Below the pieces are notes generated by a model. It saw only the letters and a list, made by a program, of their open reading frames with translations. It was not told where the DNA came from and searched no databases. Below, piece by piece: positions 42,612 through 54,798 of a DNA stretch of 64,000 bases. The first letter of the stretch is position 1; each line of letters begins with the position of its first letter. The stretch spans positions 89,218,001-89,282,000 of the forward strand of contig OX597822.1 of the NCBI GenBank assembly GCA_951406725.2, given 5' to 3'. This stretch comes from Octopus vulgaris. Its lineage: Eukaryota. A program made the translations under genes and the position numbers.

Positions 42612-42871
42612 TTTACAAAAGGGCCATTGATGGATTCTCTTTACTGGGAGAAATGGTATAATGAAGAACCAATTGTTGGTGAAAGATTCATCTATTATGA
42701 AAACAAATTACTTGGCTTACCTCGAATGCGACAGTTAAGAGTACGGAATGATTCCTGTATTGTTCATTCAGACTTCAAGAACACAATCAAAACCTGTTAT
42801 GATGCTTATTCTGAGAACAACGAAGACCACGAAACATTTGGTGCAAATCCCCCAACAGACATTGCAAAAGC
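42612..42871 (+). CDS. PKD2: PKD2 exon 4 (TOP domain: [12 protein letters not shown]...[21 protein letters not shown]...CYDAYS)
   Basis: Acceptor tag ending 42611, donor gtatgt at 42872; conserved ENxLLGxPRxRQLRV motif and the Cys pair. Confidence 0.95.
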
Positions 42872-43559
42872 GTATGTTCAGACTTATTGTTTTACACTCA
42901 AATTTATTGTAAAAGATTTTAATATGTAATTGTACTGCTAGATAGTTTCTCACTCTTAGTAAATCTTCAAATAGATTTATGCACAAAAGCCATTTTGAGG
43001 TATACTGTCATAGACCCATATATTTTAGAATTGAGTCAATGTTTCTCATAGTCAGTCAACCAGGTTGAAGTAAAAGCCTAATCTCTCCAAAATCATACTC
43101 CATTGTGAGATAGAAAAAAAAAACTGTAAAACAACTATAATGCAAACTTGCATGCATTATGTCTAAATTGAGAATGGATTGGTGACATCTGGAACAATCT
43201 TGCTTATAGATCAGCTTGATTAAGGCTGACTTGCGTCTAAATGATATCAAAAAGGTGCTCTATTATGATCTATCATACTATTACAATACTTTCTACATAC
43301 ACTGCATATATTGTCTTCTGAGACCCCTTTGACACAAGAATTGATTACTTCACAATGTCCCTTCAAAAGCTAATTTAAATAGCAAAAACTGGTTGGATAT
43401 TACTACATCCATAAAATATGTATATATTTAAAAATAATTTCTTTACAAAAAGATACTAAACTATATGAAACAAAGGCATGTCTCTTCCACTTTTTATATA
43501 TGCTTTCCACATATTTTCAACCTATATCCATGTATATATATATGATGCTTATATATATA

Positions 43560-43611
<52 letters not shown>

Positions 43612-43642
43612 CATACATACATATGTATATACATATATATAT

Positions 43643-45004
43643 AGAGGGTCATAGCCCAACTAATTAGGGAGAGAGTCAGCTTGGATGAGATGCAGTTTGG
43701 TTTCATGCCAGGGAAAAGCACAACTGATGCCATGTTTCTGGTAAGACAGCTACAAGAGAAATACCTAACCAAAGATAAGCCCCTGTACCTGGCTTTCATT
43801 GACATGGAGAAAGCCTTTGGCAGGGTCCCCCGATCCCTTATCTGGTGGTCAATGAGGAAACTAGGGATAGATGAATGGTTAGTGAGAGCTGTGCAAGCCA
43901 TGTACAGGGACGCTGTAAGTAAGGTGAGGGTTGGCAATGAATACACTGAAGAATTCAGGGTAGAGGTTGGGGTCCACCAAGGTTCAGTCCTCAGCCCCCT
44001 CCTATTTATCATAGTCCCCCAGGCAATAATGGAGGAATTCAAGATAGGATGCCCCTGGGAGCTCCTCTATGCTGATGACCTTGCTCTAATTGCTGAGTCA
44101 CTATCAGAACTATAGGCGAAGTTTCAAGTGTGGAAACAAGGATTAGAATCGAAGGGCCTTAGAATCAACCTAGCTAAAACCAAAGTCCTAATAAGTAGGA
44201 AGGTGGACAAACCACAAATCCCTTCAGGTAAATGGCCCTGCTCAATCTGTAGTAGAGGCGTAGGTAGAAACTCTATAAGATGCACCCCGTGTAAGCTATG
44301 GACACATAAGAGATGCAGTAATATCAAAGGGAGGCTAATGGGGAAGATAGTTTTTGTATGTGGCAGATGCTCGGGAGCAATAAACACTTAAAATGCGCAG
44401 AGACCAACTTCCGCCACATTCCAGGGAGAAAAACTAGAAGTAGTTGATAGCTTCCGTTACCTAGGTGACCAAGTCAGTTGCGGGGGCGGGTGTACTGAAA
44501 GTGTAGCTGCTAGAATAAGAATAGCCCAGGCAAAGTTCAGAGAGCTCTTACCTCTGCTGGTGACAAAGGGCCTCTCGCTCAGAGTAAAAGGCAGACTGTA
44601 TGACGCTTATGTATGAACAGCCATGCTACATGGCAGTGAAACATGGGTTGTGACAGCTGAGGACATGCGTAAGCTCACAAGGAATGAAGCCAGTATGCTC
44701 CAATGGATGTGTAATGTCAGTGTGCATACTCGACAGAATGTAGGTACCTTGAGAGAAATGTTGGACCTAAGCAGCATCAGATGTGGTGTGCAAGAGAGAC
44801 GACTGCACTGGTATGGTCATGTGGCAAGAACGGACAAGGACAGCTGTGTGAAAAAGTGCCACACCCTAGTGGTTGAGGGAACCTGTGGAAGAGGTAGACC
44901 AAGGAAGACCTGGGATGAAGTGGTGAAGCACGACCTTTGAACTTTAGGCCTCACCAAGGAATTGACTAGTGACCGAGACCTTTGGAAATATGCCGTGCAT
45001 GAGA
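43643..45004 (+). mobile_element. RTE LINE copy B (RT, PHD finger, C-terminus; a few stops)
   Basis: QFGF, DMEKAF, HQGSVLSPLLF, YADD; followed by an inverted RTE 3'UTR piece at 45010-45410. Confidence 0.92.
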
Positions 45005-45660
45005 TATGCTACGATCAGTTGGTGCTTTTACATGTCACCGACACGGATGCCAGTCAGGCGGCGCTGGCATCTGCCATGTTCGGACGGTGCTTTTAACGTG
45101 TCACGAGCATGAGTATCTTAACTACAATTTTCATTTGATTTTCATTTTGATGTTGGTGTTAACGTACGTGACTCAATAGGTCTCCTCAAGAACAGCGGGT
45201 CACTCTACGATCCAAGGTTAGCACAGCAGGCCGTCCTGCGAGCCATGAACTCACTTCATTTGTCGGGTCTTCACAGTCACAACATATCTAAGAGGTCTCA
45301 GTCTTCGTCATTTCCTCTGTGAGGTCCTACGTGCCACCGGTGCGGGTATCACAACTGCAATATCCATACAATTTTTATTTTGATGTTGATGAACTTGACT
45401 CAATAGATCTATATTATTGATATATTATATATATGTGTGTCTGTGTGTGTGTATATATATATATATGTATGTAATATATTAGGAGGTATTCTTACTATAC
45501 TATTTAAGCACTTTCTATAGATAATGGATTTTTATTTAATATTTTTATCTTACCGTATCATGGAAACCCCTTTAGCATACACTAAATATATAGTTTGCTA
45601 GATTTATTTTCCATGTTATTATGAAAGTTACTATTGACTCTTAATCTTGTCTTTTGATAG

Positions 45661-45885
45661 GTTTATCTATCGTACCAAAGATGAACTGGATGGGACTTCA
45701 CATTGGGGCCAGTTAGAAACATATGGTACTGGCGGTTTTGTACAAGATTTAGGCAAAACTAAGAACGTTTCACTGAAATTTGTTACTGCTCTTTTTGATA
45801 ACTTGTGGATTGATCGTGGAACGAGAGTCCTCTTTATTGACTTCACGGTCTACAATGCCAACATAAATCTCTTTTGTGTTATGAG
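45661..45885 (+). CDS. PKD2: PKD2 exon 5 (FIYRTKDELDGTSHWG...WIDRGTRVLFIDFTVYNANINLFCVM)
   Basis: Acceptor tag ending 45660, donor gtaagt at 45886; polycystin motif WxDRGTR...YNANINLF. Confidence 0.96.
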
Positions 45886-47558
45886 GTAAGTTTCAACCTT
45901 AAATTTTCATGATGTTTATTTTTTATTTCTGATGTTTTTCTTTTCCAGCTGAAGATTCTGGTTCTAATAGACTAAACTAATATTATGGAACATTTTATGA
46001 GAAAATAGCTCCAGTTTAACTAGTCACCACAGATTTCATTGATTAGCATTAATCAGTGGCTTTTAGTAAGACCAATAACAGTAGTCACAGTATAATTTTT
46101 ACTTTTGTGTAACCATAAGTTCTGTGATGCAAGTCCTGTCATGGTTTATACTGTTGAACAGACTGAGTAGATTCAATGACATAAGGTGGTAACAGAGCAT
46201 TTGTAAATGACTGACAAGTTAAAGATAACACATACAGTCTATGTTTTATCATTTATCTTCTGTTATTATACTAGAGGAATGAAAAACTGTGTACTATGGT
46301 AGAAATTAAATTAAAAATCATAAACTTATGAAATTATATCTCCTTCAGCAAGCAATTGTAAAAGCTATACTTCCACCATTGAAGGAATTGTTTTGAGTTA
46401 CTTATATTACTTGCTCAGCTAGATAATAATGTTAACTAACCTCTAATATTTCCCTTAATTACTGCATTTAACACTGTTGTTATTTCTCATGTTGAAAACA
46501 TTGAAAATAACCAAACTGATTTTTAAAAATATTTCTAGTTTAACTTTTTAATGCTTGATACATTAAATATGTCAATACTAACTTAACCAAAACTTTATCT
46601 TGTCTGGCTGTTTTTCCAAACAACATTGTCTTTAGGAGAGGCATAAATTTCAGAAGACATGTCTCCAGAGCAAGCAATTTAGACTTATAAAGAAAGATAT
46701 ATATTCGGTGCTGTAAAATTCTTGGTTTGGTATTTGGATTGGTGTAATTAGTTGAGTGGTTGGTAGACAAAATGCTTTTTGGTAGTTTTAGTTATGCCTC
46801 TCTAAACCTCAGTTCAGAATTTGTCTGGATCAGCTTTGCCTTTCATTTTACCAAGATGGATAAATTAGGTACCAGTTTAGAACTAAGATTAATCTAATTA
46901 ATCTATACTCTTCCTCAAAATTTGTATCACTGTGCTATTGTTTGGGCATATTCTTTGGCACCATTTGTGTCCATTTTACATTCTCTACTTTATCAGATAC
47001 ATTATATCATCATTTGACCCTTTCATTATTACATTTTCAATAAGATGCATTGTTTGAATGATTTAAATCTTTTAAAAATTAATAAAAAATTTTAAGGAAT
47101 TTTATTAAATTACCTGACTTTATCACTATTAAGCTGATGTTTGGAACGTGGCCTAACAAAAGGTTTTAGGATTAAATTATAAAAGAATGTTTCAATTTAT
47201 ATTTGAGTACTTAAAATAGATAGTTTTGTTCATAGAATTAGAGGCAATCTCAGACGGACCGGTATTGAAAGGTTTAAAGATATAAAAAGCTATTTTTCCA
47301 TTTGAGAATTGCTAAAGCTTAGTTATAATTTCCAGCCACATACTAAATAGCAATTGAAAACATATAGCAATTGAAAACATATACTCATCTGTGTATGTTT
47401 TTCATTGCTGTCTAGTTGAACATTCAGAATTAAAGAAACTGTTTATGTAATGATTTCTTTATTCCCTGTGAAGTCAAATTTGTGTTACTTGTTGCTGTTA
47501 TTTTCAAATTAATGAACAATATTTTGTATAGTTAATGTAAATGTTTTGTTATTTCCAG

Positions 47559-47719
47559 ACTGGTTGTTGAGTTCCCTGCAACTGGTGGTGCACTTTCATC
47601 ATGGAGAATTGCAAGTGTCAAACTTATCCGATATGTGAATAGTCTGGATTATTTTGTGATGGCCTGTGAAGCAATTTTTGTTCTCTTCATATTGTATTAC
47701 ATCATTGAAGAAACTATTG

Positions 47720-47721
<2 letters not shown>
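47559..47721 (+). CDS. PKD2: PKD2 exon 6 ([10 protein letters not shown]...S2...IIEETIE)
   Basis: Acceptor ccag ending 47558; EFPATGG motif; donor gtatat at 47722, in phase with exon 7. Confidence 0.93.
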
Positions 47722-47762
<41 letters not shown>

Positions 47763-48134
47763 TTTACTTCTTTCTGCGCAGTTTCTATTATACACTTTTC
47801 TATTGGCAATACTCAAAATTGTCACACATATTTTTTCCCTAAATCAGTAACAAAAGTTTCAATTTTGCACTTCATTTTGAATCATCATCTTTTTAACATC
47901 CACTTTTCCATGCTTGCATGGGTTGGGCAGAATATATTTTGGCAGATTTTCTGAAAACTGACTCTTTTCCTGTGGCCAACCCCCACCTGTTTCAATCATG
48001 GTAATATTTTCCCATGGCTAGATATGTTTACATTGAATACTGGAAATGAATGACACCACTTGAATAACAGTGACACTCATTTACAGTTATCATGCAATGT
48101 CAAGACAAGGAGACACACACACATACATATATAT

Positions 48135-48295
48135 GATAGGTTTCTTTTGGTTTTTATCTAGCAAATCCACTCCCAAGGTTTTGGTCAGCCCTGGGATTGA
48201 GTAAAAGACTCTTAGCTATGGTGCCAAGCTGTGGGATTGAACCCAAAACTATGTGGTTGAGAAGTAAACTTCTTAAACACACAGCCACACCTACA
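48135..48295 (-). mobile_element. SINE family B, tRNA-like 5' half
   Basis: Reverse complement begins gtaggtgtggctgtgtgtttaagaagttt...gggttcaatccc. Similar copies at 49700-49860, 54390-54548, 56707-56780 (+) and 62487-62620. Confidence 0.7.
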
Positions 48296-48599
48296 GAAAA
48301 CAAGAAAACTCATAAACTCCAATTAATAAATGATATTAATGATACAGTAATACTCTTCTTAAATATTGTTCAACTATGTATGTATTTCTGTCAGGTTTTC
48401 GGTCGTTTTGATCAGAGGGCTACGGGATCAGACCTGACCTTGGACTAAACAACAACAGCAATAACCTCAATTCTGTTATAATGTAGATTCTGTAACTGTA
48501 AATGTATAATAATACTTGGAATAAATTAATGATTTCTCCAAAAATAAATAATTAATTATAACTTTTTCACTGTGCTGTTTTTTGTCTTTGATTTTGCAG

Positions 48600-48836
48600 A
48601 TCAAGAAACACAAGTTATCTTATTTCAAATGCTTCTGGAATATTCTGGATATGTTGGTGATTTTCATATCTGTTTTATGTATTGCATTCAATGTCTACAG
48701 AACCAGTGCTGTCGGCGATAAACTTAACCAGTTACTTTCATCCAGTAATAAATATTCAGATTTTCAGTTCCTTGCATTCTGCCAAACACATTTCAATAAT
48801 GCAATTGCTGTTACAGTTTTTATGGCATGGATCAAG
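48600..48836 (+). CDS. PKD2: PKD2 exon 7 (IKKHKLSYFKCFWNILD...S3, S4...FMAWIK)
   Basis: Acceptor gcag ending 48599, donor gtaaga at 48837. Confidence 0.95.
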
Positions 48837-49314
48837 GTAAGAAGACAATATATAAGTTATTATATATATATATATACATTACACACACAACACATACACA
48901 CACTCACAATATATATATTTTTACTTAACCAACCCACTTATGCATACCTTTCCTTCATTGGACACTCAGCTCTGCTTGCAAAGACCTGTTGAGGCAAGTG
49001 AAATCAAAACCAAATTCGATGACAACACCGCATGACTGGGATCCATGCCAGTGGAGTGCTAAGAGCACCTTCTAAGCATGATCATTGCCAGGATGTTGAC
49101 TGGCTCCCGTGCTGGTGACATATAAAAAGCACCATTTGAACATGATCATTACCAGCGTCGCCTTACTGGCACTTGTGTCAGTGGCACGTGAAAAACAACA
49201 TTCAAGGAAGGTCATTGCCAGTCCTGCTGGACTGGCTCTTGTGCAGGTGGCACGTAAAAAACACCATTTGAGTGTGACCGTTGCCAGTACTGCTTGACTG
49301 GCCCTTGTGCTGGT

Positions 49315-49545
49315 GGGCGTATGGCGTAGTGGTTAAGAGCGCGGGCTACTAACCCCAAGATTCTGAATTTGATTCCAGGTAGTGACTTGAATAATAATAA
49401 TAACAACATTGAAAAATACCTTAGGAACGAGAACCCAGGTTCGAAATTTCCCCAAGACACCTGATGAAGGCTGGAGAGTATATCAGCCGAAACGTTGTGT
49501 TAACAACAAACAAGATGAGGACAAATATCTGTCAATTGTAAATAA
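49315..49545 (+). mobile_element. tRNA-headed short element carrying a hammerhead-like core (SINE/retrozyme-like)
   Basis: A-box TGGCGTAGTGG at 49322-49332, anticodon-like arm GGG-CTACTAA-CCC, degenerate B-box at 49365-49376, hammerhead motif at 49456-49501. Confidence 0.7.
49456..49501 (+). ncRNA. Candidate minimal type I hammerhead ribozyme
   Basis: GACAC-CTGATGA-A-GGCTG(GAGAGTATAT)CAGCC-GAAA-CG-TT-GTGTT; palindromic AACGTT stem III. Confidence 0.65.
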
Positions 49546-50138
49546 TGTTTGGTAAATATATTTGTAAAAATGAGATGTCAGTGTTATGTTCATTTTTGCA
49601 TAATTTAGACAAAAATATGTTTACCACACCCTCTGTCTGTCTCTCTCTCTCTATATATATACACACACACATGCACACACACATACACACAATAACAATC
49701 ATTCAGGTCTCATCTACCAAATTCACTTTAAAAAGGTTTGGTTGTCTCTGGGCTATGGGTTATTGAGAAGACACTTGTCCAAGGTGTCACTTGTCCAGCA
49801 GGGCCAAACCTGAAGCCATGTTGTCAGGAAGCAAACTTCTTAACCACAAACCCATGTCTAAACATAAATCCAAATTGGCCAATTGAATAAGGTATTTGAA
49901 TACTAGTTTCATGAATTAGAAGCTAATTACATGTGCAGGATTATCATGACTCTTTGAACAAGAAATCCAAGAACATCAGCTGAATTAAATTCCCCAGAAG
50001 GTCTCTGAAAACATCATAGGTACTACATCTCCTCATTCAACTTAAAAAGAAAGCGAGATGTTTCTCAAGTTAATTATTCATTATTTTTTCCTTTCTAATT
50101 ATTTTTAATTAACACATCCTCTCTTACCAATATTTCAG

Positions 50139-50320
50139 ATCTTCAAATACATTAGCTTCAACAAAACCATGACACAACTGTCATCAACTCTTGGTAAATG
50201 TGCCAAAGATCTGGCTGGATTTGCTGTCATGTTCTTCATTATTTTCCTGGCTTTCACACAACTTGGTTATCTAATCTTTGGAACTCAAGTGAAAGAATTT
50301 AGCAGCTTTGAAAGTGCTTT
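50139..50320 (+). CDS. PKD2: PKD2 exon 8 ([60 protein letters not shown]; S4-S5 linker and S5)
   Basis: Absent from the ORF track and translated by hand; acceptor tcag ending 50138, donor gtaaga at 50321; 182 nt. Confidence 0.95.
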
Positions 50321-50520
50321 GTAAGATTACATTTTTTAAAAGATTTATTTATTTTGCTTTTTTCGTTGCTCAATTGACTTATGATGGAGAAAAATTACGG
50401 TCATTCCAAACATCTGAAATGTGTTAACAGTACATACTGTGAGCCAATGTGGGAGCCCCTACATAGTCATTGGACTTGCTAGAAATAGCAGCTACATTTC
50501 ATTTAAATCCTACTCTACAG

Positions 50521-50741
50521 CAGAGATTGGCAAACTCTTTGTCAACTGGGGGCCGCATCGTACCATATCCAAGTGGGAGAGGGCCGCATGATAAAACACA
50601 TATACATGAAATGTTATATGCCCACTTTACAATGAATTTTTTTGAAGTTCTTAATTTTATTTGTCTTAGTATGAAATTAGTAACCTTGAAACTCATTGAG
50701 GGCCACACAACATGTCAAGGGCTGCAGGTTGCCCATGCATG
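50521..50741. mobile_element. hAT-type MITE
   Basis: Imperfect TIRs cagagattggcaaac / gttgcccatgcatg, subterminal gggccgca motifs, 8-bp TSD ctctacag / ctcttcag. Confidence 0.75.
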
Positions 50742-51823
50742 CTCTTCAGCCTTAATAAAAGGAAGGACACATTGGATAATGTAGTCCTAAAAAGGCAAAA
50801 AGATAGGATGGTCACAGTCAGACTATCTTTGATCATAGGTTTGTAACAATAGTAACAGGTTAATATTTTGTTATGGTGGTGGGTGAGTTCCATGATCATT
50901 GAAAAAGTTATCTATATGTGACTGTTCCACAAGATCACGAAGCACCCATTGATCTTACAATGTCACCTGTTGCATTTGGCTTTGAGCAATGGTACCTATT
51001 TACAGGTGGGTGGACTGGATTGTTAAGCTTTAAGTATTTTCTTTATGGGCAATATTCTGTGCTAGTGGGTGACATGAAATAAAATGGCAATCCTTTGACC
51101 AGTATCTAGATATCCTGTCTGCAGTATCAGGTAAATTTGACTATTATTTCTAGCAGGTTGAGCAAGCAAGTAGAGGCTCTCTTGTTGGCTTGAAGAATAT
51201 GTTGGAAAATTTAGTCTTAGACACTATGTGTGTTACAAAAAAAAAATAGAGGCTGGATAATCACAACTGGGACACTTTTGATCATAAATCTGCTTCATCA
51301 GGACTAATCTGGTGCTAAAGAGCAGCAACAATTTGAAGATAATTGAAGTAATATCCCTCATGCATATACCCATTGTATTTTGGTACATCTTTACTTATTT
51401 ATCTCTGTTTTTCTGATATTGTATGAGTGTACATTTTATTGAACAATGAAGAAAAATATATACAAAGACAATATAACTGAATTTTCTAAAATATCAACAA
51501 AAAAAAGATGTTTGATAAATTTAGAAGTTTTAATAATTCCCTTAGTGGCAATTATTCAAATTCTTGATAGGAGTCACAGTGCAACATCAGCTTTCAGATG
51601 TGAATTCATGATCCAGAATATACTGTTTTAATGTATTATTTTCTTGGTATTATTATTTTGATTTGTTGACAAGTCACACATTTGTTAATAAATTCAATAC
51701 TGAGACTGAGCCAATCTTTAATTGTTCTGGAGTCGTTAAAATTACACCAGTAATATGCTATCAAGGTTTGATTGATGTAACAGTTTAGATAAGTGTCCAA
51801 TTGGGAAAAATTGATAAAATTAA

Positions 51824-52053
51824 CCCTTTGAATCCATAATTATGCTTTAGTGGGCTTAGTTTCATTTGACCATACCCCTGGAAGATGCAAAAGTGGTTGA
51901 CTCCAGTGTTTTGTGTTTATGGCTTGCTAATTGGTAGAAATATCATTATTTTCAGCCATAAACACGAAACCATGCAGCCACCTGCTTTTATGACTTTTTG
52001 GGTATATAGATATAAAATTGCACCTGCTAAAGCATACTTTTAAGTCCAAAGGG
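51824..52053. mobile_element. piggyBac-type MITE, imperfect palindrome
   Basis: TTAA|ccctttg ... caaaggg|TTAA; internal gtgtttatggct / agccataaacac. Confidence 0.78.
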
Positions 52054-52634
52054 TTAAGAGATAGAGTTAAAGCAAATACCTTTTATCCATGTATCATTGA
52101 AAATAGTGACTACACAGTCAAAATACATTCTTCTGTTGGCGTAGTAAACTGAAATGAACAGTAAATTCTATATTCATTTTCCAGTTGGAACTGAGAAAGG
52201 TATCCATATTTAAAACTGCAAGCCTACTTGGGAGTTTCTATGTTGTCATTTGACTGGCTAGAAATAGCAGCCAAATTTCTGTCAAACCATATCCAACAAC
52301 CTTAAAAATGAGAAGGACTCATTAGCTAATGTAGTCATAGACATCCTCAAAAAAAGTCATCAGTCTAATTGGTGGTGGCTAACTTGTGGCTAACAGCATC
52401 AACAACTGCAGTGGTTCCAACAACTTAAGTAGATTTCTAAATAATATTTTCCATCAAAGAATTCCATTTAACAGAGAAAGATGGCTGGCAAAATGTTATT
52501 TCTTTATCTGTCTGTCTGTCTCTTCCCACCATCTCTCTCATTAACATGCATGATAATACTTCTGAGACAAGAGTTTGAATGTATGAATTACAATGTTTTT
52601 GTTGTTATATCTTGTCCTCTATTTTATGTTCCAG

Positions 52635-52854
52635 TTTCACCTTGTTCCGAATTATCTTGGGTGACTTTGACTTCCACCAGTTAGAATCTGCAAACCGAGT
52701 ATTAGGACCAATATTCTTTATTCTCTATGTATTCTTTGTATTCTTCATCCTTCTCAATATGTTCCTGGCAATTATCAATGATACCTATTCTGAGGTAAAA
52801 GGTGATATTGCTAATCAGAAGAGTGAATTCGAGATGACTGACTACTTTAAGCGG
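52635..52854 (+). CDS. PKD2: PKD2 exon 9 (pore helix, filter LGDFDF, S6 ...[17 protein letters not shown])
   Basis: Acceptor ccag ending 52634, donor gtaggc at 52855. Confidence 0.96.
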
Positions 52855-54262
52855 GTAGGCTTTCACTTTTTGTACTAGAACATCCTATTATATGTATATC
52901 ATTACCACCATCATCATCATCATTGTTTAACATCTACTTTTCCATGCTAGTATGGGTCAAACAGAATTTGTTGAGGCAAATTTTCTACAGCTGGATGTCC
53001 TTCCTGTTTCTCATGGCCAGGCATGTTTTTCATGGAAGAGTGGAAATGAACAACATTGCTTGCATGGTAGTGATGCTTGTTTATAGCCATTACATGATGT
53101 TAAGATAGGAGTAAGCACATGCATGCAATGCATACATACATGCACACACACATACGCACGCACAAACACACACATGCCCCAATAACTTAGCAGTTCAGCA
53201 AAAGAGATTAGTAGAATAAGTACCAGGCTTAAAAAAAAAGAAGAAAGAAGTGTGGCTGAACATGGGTAGTAAATATTATGTCGAACAGATTCTATATTTT
53301 AATTCATTAATAACAATTCACTATCTACTAAATCTGAGTAATTTACTCTTCTTAATTACTTCTCTTCATAAAAATGAATCACCTTCTACTAAACCTAAGA
53401 AAATTCTTCTTCTTGATTACTCCTCTTCCAGTTTTTCTAATATATATATTTGACCCCTAATATATTCACTTTATTAATAAGACTTTTGTCCTCAGTTATT
53501 GAGTGTTATGCCTACTCATAATAAATGATAGATTTTTCTCCAAAATGAATAAATATTAGATTTATAATTTCTCCTTTAATCCAACATATCAAAATATTCA
53601 ACACCTACCAGCTAAGTATAAAACTGATGTATATAAGTATAAAAGAATCTCTGTATTCTCTATAACTTTTTGATATATAAGTGGTCACTGTGACCATCTG
53701 ACATTGACCTAGTTTTCCTAATACAAAATCTGTTTGCCAAGTAGTAGTAAACAGCTTCTATGGCATTACAACCCCCTCTCTACCTTAATTTCTTTATGAA
53801 GACCTTCTGACATTTATTTCACCCCTATTTCTATAAATAGAACATCTTTTTGTCTTCTTTCAACTGATTATACTTCCCAACCTTCGAGCAGTTCAAAATA
53901 ACTTAATGAATATTCTTCAGTCAGAGGATAAACTCTACTACCTTAATGTTCTTAAAATTTAAATTGACATCTTTGTCTATATATCTACTTTTTTATAATG
54001 TTATCAATTGATATGAAAATTATGTATTAATGGAAAACCTCTATAAATGACTGATGATTGCTCAACATTTTAAAACTATTGTAATACTTACAATATTTAA
54101 TAAAATGATGTAGTGTGAAACGACTGTACCAAATTACCGAAGTTATTCTTGTTGCTTATTTTTTATTATAATCACCCCATGGATTTATATGGATAACACC
54201 ATACAAAATTCTGGTGCATCTAACTTAAGTACCATATTCATTTGAATCTAAATTTTGCTGAA

Positions 54263-54345
<83 letters not shown>

Positions 54346-54664
54346 GTATATATACACAAATATATATACAGACATAGACATACAAAGATATGACAGGTTT
54401 CTTTCAATATCCATCTCCCAAATCCTCTCACAAGACTTTGGTCTGCCTGAGGCTACAGTAGAAGACACATGACCAAGGTGCCACACAGTGGGACTGTATC
54501 TGGAACCATGTGGTTGGGAAGTAAATTTCTTACCAAACAGCCACATCTGAATATACAATGTATCAATCATTTCTGTCTTTCACTCATAATGAATACAAGA
54601 ATGTTTTTAAGTTGAGATAATTTGGTTTGCTGATGAGTTTTATCTATTTTAATTTTTTCTGCAG

Positions 54665-54798
54665 GGCTACCAAAGAATGGCTGACAAATTGAACTTCAAA
54701 AGGGATAAGATTGTTGATATCCAAAAGGCTCTGCAATCTGCTGACATGAACAATGACAAGCAACTTGACTTTGAGGAATGGCGCCAAGACATGAAATC
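54665..54798 (+). CDS. PKD2: PKD2 exon 10 (GYQRMADKLNFKRDKIVDIQKALQSADMNNDKQLDFEEWRQDMK; EF-hand 1)
   Basis: Hand-translated; acceptor gcag ending 54664, donor gtgagt at 54799. Confidence 0.93.

Noticed and set aside
49315-49390. Functional tRNA gene (anticodon-like ACT)
   Set aside because: Acceptor and T stems do not pair properly and the B-box is degenerate; treated as a SINE head.
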